DNA of 64,000 nt from Eutreptiella sp. 'Long Island Sound 2002' (GCA_964036045.1 OZ038378.1:170562001-170626000); one strand, 5' to 3'. Numbered from the stretch's first letter, positions 35,676 through 46,739 are shown. The notes: generated by a model not told the origin, from the sequence alone. Numbers and translations are program-made.

Positions 35676-36378
35676 ATGGGAGTTAGTAGGACTAGGTGTG
35701 GTCCAGCAGGACTATTGGGTGCCATTAAAAGACAACAGCATGGCACAGACTATGACAACTGAGGGTGAACAGACCAATGCACAGTGGAGCCAACATCTTA
35801 TGTGGGGCTGAGTGTGGGGGTCATTAGGGGCCTCTCCTGTGTAATGGGACTGAGCATGGGGACATTCAGGCAAAGTTCCATTGTGACACTGCTGTTGACA
35901 CATCTGGTGCCAAATGAAAGACGAAAGTCCGGATTCCAAGAAGCCGCTGCCTACATGTCGTCAGCATGGAACTCCACTAATGGACCTCGACTAAAGGTGC
36001 ATGAAAATGGTCCAGTTTTCACACCCCTGGTTAAGCTCATTGGCGTTTCTATGGTAGTCCCTGCACTGTGCATGAAGTTGTGGCAATTTCACACCCCCTC
36101 AATGCAACCCAAAAACCTTCGGCGTACCCCAAACCGCCTTTGCTGGTCTCACACCCGCCAGGGTGATGAAGGATTCTCCGCAGCCCTGCGTTGCACGCAT
36201 CCTGTGCCTGCGACACCTGCACCTTCCTCACACCCCGAACCTTTGGCAATTTCTTCTCAGTGCGAAGTGGTTTTGAACATGTAGTACACAACGCAGAGGG
36301 TGCAGCAGCATATTTTGTGTGTGTGAGCCGTGTGTTTGCTTTCGACACCGGAGTGCCCGGATCCAGTCATTGGAAATC

Positions 36379-38058
36379 ATGGCCCAGGAGCAGGCGGCGG
36401 TGTCGATCCGCGTTGAGGAAAAGACGGATGACTGGCAGCCGGAGTACGAAGAGTTCCTGTCGCAGACGTGGGAGGACCGGCAGCACCGCAAACAGCGCGT
36501 CGCCAACGGGGCCTCTTTCCTGCAGAAGGGCCGGGACGCCCCCCTGGTCAAGCGGCTGGAGTTCCTGCGGTACAAGGGCCTGTCGGAGGCCGAGATCGAG
36601 GAGGCGTTCGAGATCGCCGGGCAGGACCAAGAGCTGATCCGGCTGATGGAGGGTAGTTTCCTCCCGAGCGACTACGGCCCGACTGCGGAGGAGCTGGCGT
36701 TGGCGCAGGCCAACGAGCTGACGACGCCATTCCGGCCCGAGGACCGGGTGTGGACGTACGTGGCCACCTCCGGCGTCTACTACGCCGGGTGGGTCATCGA
36801 CATCGACGAGTCCCGGGGCCACGATATCCTGCGGATCCGATACGCCGACGCCGCCCCGGCGGAGCTCGCGGGCCACGCTGAGTGGCGGGAGCCCGGGTTC
36901 AAGGGCGTTGTGGCGGACGTGCCGCCCCGGTTCGACCTGCTGCGGGCCGGCATGCAGGTGCTGCACCGCCGGGCCGCGGCGCGGGACATGGAGGACGCGC
37001 TGATCCTGCGGCTCGACCTGGAGGGGGAGGAGTGCGACCTCCTGCTCAACGACTCGGCGAAGGCCGAGGGGGTGTCGCTTTGGGACGTGCGCGGCACCGA
37101 CCACCCGGACGACGAGGAGGCCCTGAGGCGGCGCAAGTCGCAGCTGCGCAAGTGGTCCGCCGGGATCAACCCGGGGCTCATGACCTCCGCGTACGAGCTC
37201 CCAGTCCAGGGGGTGAAGGAGCGGAAGATGCAGGCCCGAGAGCTCGTGGCGTTGACGAAGGGCATCGCCGACGCCCGGAGCGTGTCGAGCCTCGCGGAGG
37301 AGGCGGCGAAGGAGGCGGTGGAGGAGGACGACGGCGAGGAGGACGCGGAGTTGACGTTTGCGGAGCGCTACACGCTCGGCGTGGGCCTGCGGTCCTTTAT
37401 CCGCTACCCATCGGTGGACCTGGCGGACAAGCCCCCGCGGCTGCGCACGTTCGCGGACGTCGCGCGCGCGGCCGCCGCGGAGCTGCCGACGTTCGAGCTG
37501 CGGGCGTTCGCGCGGCACCCGGACTGCCCGCATTTGATGCTGTACAACCCGATTCTTGAGGTGGTCGACCAGTGCAACACCCAAAAGACGATGTTCGTAG
37601 ACCCCGACTTCCCCCCGATTCCGCACAGTCTCTGGGGCACGAGGGGGCGGCCCCGGACCCCGCCGCCCGAGACGGGGAGCACAGAGCCAAAGGCCGGGGG
37701 GCAGTTCGAGTGGCGCCGGCTGAGCGAGATCTACGCCCGGCCGCGCTGCTTCGGCACGGCAACCAACGCCTCCGCGATGCAGCCCGGGCCCTTCTCGGCG
37801 AAGTGGATGTGCCCCGTGTTCGCCGCCGCCCTGCGCGGGGCGGAGCTGGAGACGGCTCTGAGCCCGGCCACGGAGCCGTCCCAGTGCGGCTGCTACACCG
37901 TGCGCCTCCTCATCGACGGCCGGTTCTGGTGGGTGCTGGTGGACGACTTCGTCCCGGTGCACAAGGGGAGCGCCGACCCGGCGTACCTGCGGTCCGGGAC
38001 GGAGCTGCAGGCTGAGATCTGGGCGACGCTGCTGGAGAAGGCGTACGCGAAGCTGCAG
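36379..38058 (+). CDS. Exon 1 of a calpain-like protein: Pex14_N-like domain, Tudor/SH3-like segments and N-terminal CysPc
   Basis: High GC3. Calpain motifs FVDPDFPP, FEWRRLSEI, GCYTVRLLIDGRFWWVLVDDFVP, EIWATLLEKAYAKL. Ends at CAG|GTGATA. Confidence 0.88.
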
Positions 38059-38592
38059 GTGATACGTGCTTCGTCCTGCTCTCCTCTGAGGGATGGCCTC
38101 GTATGAGACACGAGCAACACTGACTTGTTGTGCACGCAGGTGGAGTTTGATGAGGTGGGGCCAGAAGAACGTTGAACAGATTCTTTGAGACAACAGATCA
38201 GAACAGACAGGGCACCACAGGCTGCGTTTTCACACGGGACACATGTGTTGCACTTAGACTGTCAGCATGATCCGGTCCGTCTGACCGAGCACTTACGAGG
38301 CACGCGTGAGTCTGGGCAAAAAAAAGACAACAGATTATATGAGACAACCGGGTGCCATTTTGCTGTACGTTTGTCAAGCGCAGTCTCGTCCATTTGCTGG
38401 CTTTTTGTCAATCCCTTTGTACCTACCTCGTGACGCATTAACCACAATCCACGCCCCCCCCCCCCCCAAACGCTGCCCCTCGCAGAGGGGGCTCAGCGCA
38501 CACGCCTCAAACCACTGCTCGACCGTACCGGGCAGCGTAGAAGAGGGTTGATTAGTACGCAACCCCATCCCCCTCTCCTGCCGACACATCAG
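38059..38592 (+). other. GT-AG intron (534 bp, phase 0) composed of dispersed-repeat sequence
   Basis: Removing it restores LLEKAYAKLQ-GSYQAL (consensus KAYAKLHGSYEAL) in frame. It is homologous to about 15957-16315. Confidence 0.88.
38195..38328 (+). mobile_element. Family A retroposon inserted in the calpain intron, ~20-bp TSD
   Basis: AACAGATTCTTTGAGACAAC (38175-38194) versus AACAGATTATATGAGACAAC (38329-38348). 3' end ...gatccggtccgtctgaccgagcacttacgaggcacgcgtgagtctgggc(A)n. Confidence 0.8.
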
Positions 38593-39561
38593 GGCAGCTA
38601 CCAGGCCCTCCGCGCCCTCAGCGCCTACAGCGCGGACGCGGCCTTCGGGGACCTGACGGGCGGCCTGGCGGAGCGCGACGAGTACGCGCTGCTGACGAAC
38701 AAGGACGCGTGGGTCGAGAACCTCCGAGGCCGCCTCGAGCTCCAGGGGCTCTGCACAGTGCTCGCAGCCGCGCCACGGCACTCCGGCATCTCCAGCGAGC
38801 GGAAGCTCCAGCGGCTGGGGGTCGAGGCCGGGGGCTACCACGTGGTCCAGCAGCTGCACGCGGCGGAGTGCGGCGACGCGGACGAGGGGGAGCGGGACCA
38901 GCACTTCGTGATGAGCGCCGACCCGTGGTCCCCGCTGGTCTGCGACGAGGGGGCCCAGCAGACGGTGCTGCGCGCCGCCCGCGCGCCGACCCTCCGGACG
39001 CTGCAGGCCCTGGCCGCGAAGTACCGGGACGACCACGGCCACTCGTGCACGTGGCTGTCGTTCGCGGAGCACATGCGGCTGTTCGAGGCGTGCGTGTCGC
39101 TGTTCAGCTTCAAAGGGTGGCAGCGCGCGGTCCTCATGGGCTCGTTCGAGGGGCGGTCGGGGGGCAGCCGGTTCGCCCACGACAACGCGGCGTGGGCGCA
39201 GAACCCGCAGGTGCACGTGAAGCTGGAGACGCAGGGCACGCTGTGCGCCGAGCTGTGCCTGGCGGACCGGCGGTTCCGCCGCGCGCGCCCCAGGGGGACG
39301 GTGCTGCAGATGTCGCTGCTGAAGGCCCGGGGGTACGCGGAGATGGCGCAGGACCCCGCGGGGCTCCTGATGACGTCCAACGCCCTGATCCTCGAGGAGG
39401 TGCCGGGGCACGGGGGCTACGCCGTGTACCTGATGCTCAGCGTCGAGGCCGGCAACTACCTCCTGATCCCGGAGATCGGCGACGTGGAGTCCACCGACAC
39501 CTTCGCGCTGAAGGTGTGGTCCTCGTCGAACTTCACCGTGCACCACCTCTTCATCGACTGA
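38593..39561 (+). CDS. Exon 2 of the calpain-like protein: C-terminal CysPc and domain III (882 aa in total)
   Basis: GSYQAL, FGDLTGG, SADPW, WLSFAEHMRLF, SFEGRSGG...WAQNPQ, AGNYLLIP...FALKVWS (domain III pattern). High GC3. Confidence 0.88.
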   Translation, partial: GSYQALRALSAYSADAAFGDLTGGLAERDEYALLTNKDAWVENLRGRLELQGLCTVLAAAPRHSGISSERKLQRLGVEAGGYHVVQQLHAAECGDADEGERDQHFVMSADPWSPLVCDEGAQQTVLRAARAPTLRTLQALAAKYRDDHGHSCTWLSFAEHMRLFEACVSLFSFKGWQRAVLMGSFEGRSGGSRFAHDNAAWAQNPQVHVKLETQGTLCAELCLADRRFRRARPRGTVLQMSLLKARGYAEMAQDPAGLLMTSNALILEEVPGHGGYAVYLMLSVEAGNYLLIPEIGDVESTDTFALKVWSSSNFTVHHLFID

Positions 39562-41789
39562 CGCCGAGCGGCTGTCCCGGGGCTGCAGCGGAGGAACGTG
39601 CGACTGCCCGTGGGGCGCCGATGGCCCACTGACCGGGCGAAGAGGTTTGAGTTGGTTGTGTGCTGACGGACCACATCGATGTCTCGTGGAGCGCGCGCGC
39701 TCCGTTGCCCAGACCACGAGGCGGACCTGTCGGGGCGGCCCGCGCTGGACTCGGGGATGCGGGCCACCGCGGGCCCTGTCCCGGACCGACGCAGCGAAGC
39801 CTGTCACACACACGAGACCACATGGCCCTGACCGTGAGGCATCGGGGGGCCCTACGCGAAGCGGTCCGTGCGGTGCCTGCGCTCCCGCACGGGCGGTTGC
39901 AGCCGTTGTAGTCCGCAGAACCGCCGCGGACGTCCTGTTGACCGCCTGCGGTGTGGGAGACACGTGGGCATTGGTGCACCGTCGGAGGCATGATACACGA
40001 GGCCGCCACAGGACCGCAGGACAGGACCAGTTTTGCAGGCCTTGAGACCGGTGAGGGTTGCCAGGGGTCATCATCGTCCCCTGGCGTGCGGGGGGCTTGG
40101 GGGAGCTGAACCAAATCTGGGGGTGCGTGGCTGGGGGTTGCAGGGAGGGGGGGGTCACCAACGGAGGGGAAAAGGTGGTCTGGACGCGCGGTACAATGGC
40201 AGCTTTCACGTCGGTTGAAAAAACGCCATCTGACAAGAGCTTCCACATTGGCGCATGGGAGGCGGGCCCCAGGATTGTGGGACTGGGGTGGATTTTTGGC
40301 GGCCCTGGGGGTATCAGCCGAGAGTCTTACCGCTCCTGCAGTGGTGGGGTCATAGTAACAGTTTTTCATGCCTCTCCCCCCTCCCCGCACCCCGTACAGT
40401 AAACAAGGTTGTTGCAGGCTGTGGGGGGGTTGAATGGGAATCCACCCCGGCTCCCGTGTCGGCCGTTGATGCGGTATTCACCCCCCGCCCTGCCCTTGGC
40501 GCCAGCACGGCCTTATGCGCACTCGGTGACCCCGTCTGACCGTTGTTTATGTGACCACATTTGGTGTGGTCAAGAATGAAAGAAGACCGGTTTGTGAGCC
40601 AGTTGTAGTGGGAAAGAGCCGCGGGGTCATGTCGGTGAAGAGTTGCTGCTGCTCATACCAATAATTCTGCCTCAGACTGCAGCCCATGTCTACTCGTTTG
40701 AACGTTAGAGTTGCAGCGAACGTCGTTGTAACGGCGCCCAACCCCCCAGGAACCGCTTGCCTGTGGGTCGCCCGTCAGCACAGCACTGTCCAGCCGGGGG
40801 CTCTTCATCTGACCGTCGTTTTCCCTGACTACAGGCGTGCAGGGCTGGCAATCGTGGTGGGTTAGCAGGAGTCGCTGGCCCAGGAAGTGTAGGCCTCAAG
40901 TGCATAAGAATGTTCTGGATGGCAAGGGATGGACACCGAGGGCATGCTTCGTGCCCAAATTGTTGTTCTTTGTGCCCAACGCTGAGTCCATGTGGTTTTG
41001 CCTGTGGCTAGGGTTTGCTAACCTTGCCTTCGTTGTTGACCAACAGTCATTAGGTCAGTGTTCTTATCTGTCGTCAGGTGCCATGTTAAGAATGGGGACC
41101 TTGGCCCCAATCAGGCTGTCTAGTGCTAGGTGAAGAAAATTCATCTTCACCTGAACTGTTTGTGTGCAGAATGTGCGAGATATCCCTCCATCCAATGCAG
41201 CGCCCGGTATCAGTCTGTGCCAGAATGGTATTGCTGGAATTTGTTGCAGTTTTGCTGCAACCGGACCCCTACCATTTTAGCTCTTTTGGTTGATGTAGAT
41301 TCTGACCCGTATGTTGTATGTCCTGACTGTAGTCACGCCTGCAGGATTGAATGGGGCCATGGGCTGCCCGTAACCTGTGGGTGCAACTCTGACCATTATG
41401 CAAGCTGGAGTTGGAAAGCACCGGCAATATGACAAGCAGCAAAAGGGAAGAGCAGCAGGGTGGTTTCTAAGGACATGCTTTCTGGACCCGCTCGAACCTG
41501 CATCGGTTACTGTGCAATGTTCCTCGATTTCTCACCAACCACCGTCAGTTCACCCTGCAACAGCCACTCGCCCCACCCTCCCGCTTACAAGCAGGTCATA
41601 CTTATGAGATGGCAGTGAAGCTACAGGGTAATGAAGCAGCCTTTTTTGCAACCACTCCCGCAGGGGGCCTCCAGCCAACAATCAGTTGCTACAGCTATTT
41701 GCCCATGGAGTCCATGGGCGCCGAAGGCGCCTGACAGTCCACGGGCACCCAAGGCGCCTGAACAAAAAATTTGTCCCCCAGCACTGACC

Positions 41790-42045
41790 TTAACCCCAAC
41801 CCTGACCCTGACACCAACTCAAACCCAAACCTGAGCCCACCCTAACCCAAACCATAGCCATAACCCTCAGGTAGGATTAGGGCTACTTTTATAGTTAGTG
41901 TTGGCGTCCAAAGTGGAGAGCAATGTTGTGGCAAAAGGCAGCCATGGACACAACTTTGAAGGTCTTGCTCAGTGTAACCAACATGTCTTGTGTGGCTGAA
42001 CCAACGAGCTGCAAAGGTTAGGGTTAGGGTGATGGTTGGGTTGGG
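41790..42045. repeat. ~250-bp segment bounded by degenerate (CCCTAA)-like repeats on the left and (TTAGGG)-like repeats on the right
   Basis: ttaaccccaaccctgaccctgac...ccctaacccaaacc at 41790-41865; ggttagggttagggtgatggttgggttgggg at 42017-42045. Confidence 0.55.
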
Positions 42046-42594
42046 GTGCACAGATCAGGGAGAGGAAGGGGAGGTTTGGGGAGCCTGTGATTAATCAACA
42101 CCCGTCCTTGAGGGCATGTAACCCCCCCCCAGCCCCCAAATTGCCCCTGGGACCCACCCAGCACCCCTGTTTACCCAGGCACCGCGCGATGCAGGGTGCA
42201 GCAGTCGTGTGCGTTGTGTGGGTTCGGCTCACCCCTAGTTGTCCCTCAGGCTGTTTTGATAGCAGGTGGGGACAGAGTGTGAGCGCAGCAGGGCTCAGAA
42301 GTACCCGTTTCCGTTGCATTAGCGGCACACCATCCCTGAAATAGGCCAACCCAGGAAAAATGGGGGAACATGGGGTCAAGTTGGGGAATTTTTTGGATTT
42401 TGGGTGGAAAACTGGGGGAATTTGGGCCTGAAATGTTCAAAAAAAACATTGTTTGTGGTGGCAACAGGGCACAGGCACGGAGAGGGGGGGGGGCTGGTGA
42501 AGGCTGCCAAGGGAAAATAGGGGGGAATGAGGGAAACTGGGGGTCATTTCTTGTTTGTGGGAAAATGGGGTCAATCCAGTGTCCAGAGTACCGC

Positions 42595-44700
42595 GCTCTG
42601 AAGCATTGGGGACCCCCCAAGACGGCAAGGGTTATGTAGCCAATCTGCCAACTTGTGGGCCACGGGGCAAAATCACTTCTGATTTTGCCCCGTGCTCTAA
42701 AGTACCCCCCCCAAACACCCAGACAGCACGGGTTATGTAGCCAATCCGCCCACTTGTGGGCCACTGTTGCTTCTGTCCCCCGCTCTGAAGCATTTGGAAC
42801 CCCCCAGATGGCAAGCGTTATGTAGCCAATCTTCCCGCTTGTGGGCCATTGCTCATTTTGTCCGGTGCTCTGAAGCGTTGGAGGCCTCCCAAGGAGGCAA
42901 GTGTTATGTCAGCAATTTTCCCACTTGTGGGCCACTGTTGCTTCTGTCCCCCGTTGTGACATGTTGGGGACCCCCCAAGACGGCAAGGGGTTATGTTGCC
43001 AATATGCCACTTCTGGGCCACTGTTGATTCCTTCCCCCGCTCTGAAGCATTGGGGACCCCCCCCCCCCCAAGATGGCAGGGGTCATGTAGCCAATACGCC
43101 CACTGTGCGCCATTGCGGATTTTGTCCCGCGTGTGAAGCATTGGGTACCCCCCAAGACGGCAAGGGTTATGGAGCCAATCTTCCCACTTGTGGTCCACTG
43201 CTGATTTTGTCCTCCACTCTGAAGTGTGTGTGGGGGGGGGGGGGGGATGGCACAGGTTATGTAGCCAATCCGCCGACTTGTGGGCCGTTTCATATTTTTT
43301 GTGCCACTCTGAAGCGTTGGGACCCCCCCCCCAAGGACGGTAGGGGTTATGTAGCCAATCTGCCCATTTATGCGCCATTGCTCATTTTGTCCCGCGTTGT
43401 GAAGTGTAAGGGACCGCTGAGACTCCAGGGGTTCTGCAGGCAATCTGCCCAGTTGCAGGCCAATATGGAGTTTGCCCCCCGCTTTGAAGCGTTGGGGACC
43501 CACCATGTAGCCAATCCACCCACTTGTGGGCCACCATTGCTTCCGTCCCCCGCTATGAAGCATTGGGAACTCCTCAAGACGGCGGGGTTATGTAGCCAGT
43601 CTTACCAGTTGTGGGCTACTGCTTATTTTTCTACCACTCCAAAGCACAGGGGACCCCCTAGGATGGCAGAGGTTGTGTAGCCAATCCGCCAACTTTTGGG
43701 CCACAGCTGATTTTGTCCCGCGCTAAAGCATTGGGGGGAGGGGGGGGGGGGGGGCAAACGGCACGGTTTACGTCGCCACTTTGCCCACTTGTGGGCCACT
43801 ATATAGTCTTACTACCGCTCTACCATGTTCAGGATCCCCCGGGACGGCAGGGGTTATGTAGCCAATCTGCCCACTTATGGGCCATTGCTGATTTTGCCCC
43901 ACGCTCTCAAGTGTTGGGGACCCCCCACACACGGCAAGGGTTGCGGAGCCAATCCGCCTACTTGTGGCCCACTGTTGCTTTTGTCCCCCGCTGGGAAACA
44001 TTGGGGACCCCCAAACGAAAGCAAGGGGTTATGTAGCAAATCTTCCCACTTGTGGGCCATTGCTGTTTTTGTACCCTACTCTGAAGCGTTGGGGACCCCT
44101 GTAGCCAAAGTGCCCATCTGTGGGCCAAAACTGATTTCATCCCCCACTCTGAAGCGTTGGGGACCCCCCAAGATAGCAGGGGTTGTGTTGCCAATCCGTC
44201 CACTTGTGGGGCCCTATTGCTCTTGTCCCCCACTGTGAAGCATTGGGGGGCCCCAAATGACGGCGAGGGTTATGTAGCGAATCTTCCCACTTGTGGGCCA
44301 CTGCTGTTTTCGTCCCCCAGTCCGAAGCATGTAGCCAATCCGCCCATTTTTGGGCAACTAATGATTCGGTCCCCCGCTGTGAAGCGTTGGGGACCCCCCC
44401 CTAGATGGCAAGGGTTATGTAGCCACTCTTCCCACTTGTGGGCCATTGGCGATTTTGTCCCCCGATCTAAAGCGTTGGAGGCCCCCCAAGGAGGCAAGTG
44501 ATGTGCAGCCAATTTTCCCATTTGTGGGCCACTATTGCTTCTGTCCCTCGTTGTGAAGCATTGGGGACCCCTCAACATGGTAGGGTTTTAAATTATGTTG
44601 CCAATCTTCGCACTTGTGGGCCACTGCTGATTCCTTCCCCCGCTCTGAAGCATTGGGGACCCCCCCGGATGGCAGGGGCCATGTAGCCAATATGCCCACT
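42595..44700. repeat. Degenerate ~85-bp tandem satellite, about 24 units
   Basis: Recurrent ctctgaagcattggggacccccc-aagacggcaagggttatgtagccaatc-cccacttgtgggccac-tg..ttttgtcccc. Spacing examples: 42783 to 42868 is 85 bp; 42696 to 42783 is 87 bp. Confidence 0.92.
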
Positions 44701-44999
44701 TGTTTTGGGCAGAACGCTACCCACTGGAGCTGTGTAATTTTGTTTATGCTGCCTTGTGGTCTAAACTGAAAGTTCGTCAACACACCTTGCCTCAGTTGCT
44801 TGCTGACCGGTGCCCCCTATGCCCCGACAAGGTTGAGAGTGTCCATCACGCGCTACACTATTGCAAGTTTTTCCCACACGTTTATGTGTGTCTTTCGCGA
44901 GCGTTTGGCCACCCGACAGACGTCTGGCGCCTAGGTCCGTTTCACAAATTCAAGCATCCAGATCAAGGCTTACTTTGGGCAGCAAGGAAAGCCCACTAG
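44700..44999 (+). pseudogene. zf-RVT-like zinc-binding domain remnant of a LINE (L1/Tx1-like) ORF2
   Basis: FVYAALWSKLKVRQH...DRCPLCPDKVESVHHALHYCKFF matches the CxxC...ES/T..H....C.F pattern. Confidence 0.7.
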
Positions 45000-45399
45000 G
45001 CTATCCGCTGCAGTACACATTTTCGTACCAATCCGACACTCTCACAGTGGGCGGCCCAGGTAGCCTCTATTCTGAGATGGCAACCGTTGAAGGCTTGTCA
45101 CCCTGTTCTTGCAACTTTTCTGCAATTCCCGAAAACATATGATGGCACATGCTCTTTCCCCCACTTGAACCTAGACCAGGGCTCTGCTAGCTTGCCGGGG
45201 CACCCAGCCTTTAAGAAGCAAACAAAAAGAAGAACACGTTGCACTAGTGCCTGGGCTGTTGGCACACATTCAATCCATGGAGCAGCGGTAGACCGTAGGG
45301 TACACGGATGACTCCGCGGACACCCTCCCGGGAGGGGGCACCGGAGGGGGGTTTGGGGGTTACATCCCCTCTATTGGGATGCAGTTCGCCCACCCCTTG

Positions 45400-45690
45400 C
45401 TGCCGCTTCAGATGCACACCAACAACTACGGGGAACTCCGCGCGGCCGTGTACTTAATTCAGCATGCACCAATGGCAGTGGACAAGTTGCTAATTGCCAC
45501 TGATTCCAACTATGTGCGTGATGGAATGCAAGGGGCGGTGGAAGTGGAAGGCAATACATTGGTGCAATGACAAAGGGCCAGTGCCCAACGCAGACCTTTG
45601 GGCTGCACTGCTTTGTGCACAAGAGGCATGTCATGCGCAGGTCAGCTGGCTGTGGATTCCATCGCATGTAAATGTGCTGGCTAATGGGGA
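45400..45690 (+). pseudogene. Frameshifted RNase H (type I-like) remnant, truncated by a repeat insertion
   Basis: HTNNYGELRAAV, LLIATDSNYVRDG; then in a shifted frame WK...GPVPNADLWAALL...VSWLWIPSH. The sequence switches to the 14116-type element at about 45686. Confidence 0.78.
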
Positions 45691-45850
45691 ATGCCATGCA
45701 CGTAGTGCGCGCGTAGTGCAAAGTTTTGGATGTCGGCAAATACTCAAACCCAGTTTCGGCCCCTTTTCACAAGTTTTTGGTTCCGTACCAGGTTTTTTTT
45801 TTAGCTTCCTAAGCATTTAGGATGTGGCATATTTGAATTGTCAACCATTT
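45686..45850 (+). mobile_element. Second copy of the ~185-bp element at 14116-14300
   Basis: Direct alignment by eye. Confidence 0.8.
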
Positions 45851-45976
45851 TCGCCCATTTTCAACTTTTTCGCCCTATTTCCTCCCCCGCATGGGCGTTA
45901 GTGCACAGGGTGCGCGCCGGGCATCTTTGAGGCCTTCAACCTTCCGGTGCTATTGAGGAAACCGGGCCAATCATCC

Positions 45977-46565
45977 AATCCACGCTTGCGGCCCCTTGAG
46001 TTGGGGTTAGGGACTCGCAATCCACGCTTCGGTGTGGCCCCTTGAGTTGGGGTTGGGGTTAGGGACTCTCAATCCACTCTTCGGTGTGGCCCCTTGAGTT
46101 GGGGTGGGGGACTCGCAATCCACGCTTCGGTGTGGCCCCTTGAGTTGGGGTTAGGGACTCACAATCCACTCTTCGGTGTGGCCCCTTGAGTTGGGGTAGG
46201 GGACTCGCAATCCACGCTTCGGTGTGGCCCCTTGAGTTGGGGTTGGGGTTAGGGACTCTCAATCCACTCTTCGGTGTGGCCCCTTGAGTTGGGGTTGGGG
46301 TTAGGGACTCTCAATCCACTCTTCGGTGTGGCCCCTTGAGTTGGGGTTGGGGTTAGGGACTCGCAATCCACGCTTCGGTGTGGCCCCTTGAGTTGGGGTT
46401 GGGATTAGGGACTCTCAATCCACTCTTCGGTGTGGCCCCTTGAGTTGGGGTTAGGGACTTGCAATCCACCTTGTGTTGCGTGGTCCCTTGAGTTGGGGTT
46501 AGGGACTCTCAATCCACTCTTCGGTGTGGCCCCTTGAGTTGGGGTTAGGGGCTCTCAATCCACGC
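45977..46565. repeat. 46/52-bp tandem satellite containing telomere-like hexamers, about 12 units
   Basis: Unit AATCCAC(G/T)CTTCGGTGTGGCCCCTTGAGTT(GGGGTT)1-2AGGGACTC(G/T)C. Length variants differ by one GGGGTT hexamer. Confidence 0.93.
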
Positions 46566-46739
46566 TTTGTTGCTCCCAAGTATACATTTGAAGAGCAAAA
46601 CTAATGAGCAAGGTCCAAGCAATACAAATAAACGATGATGCGAATGTCAATGGGCTTGTTGTAGGAAGTAAACAATGTGTTGCGTTCCATTGCGTGGCGC
46701 CTTTGTATGCGTTCATGCCTCTCCATTGTTTGTTGCCAA

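Noticed and set aside
38059-38592. Euglenid non-conventional (non-GT-AG, paired-end) intron
   Set aside because: All inferred introns here have GT-AG ends, and only a 4-bp TGAT/ATCA end complementarity is visible.
36367-40248. Long antisense ORFs (608 and 624 aa) opposite the calpain gene
   Set aside because: They are the typical antisense mirror of a high-GC3 coding strand and show no recognisable motifs.
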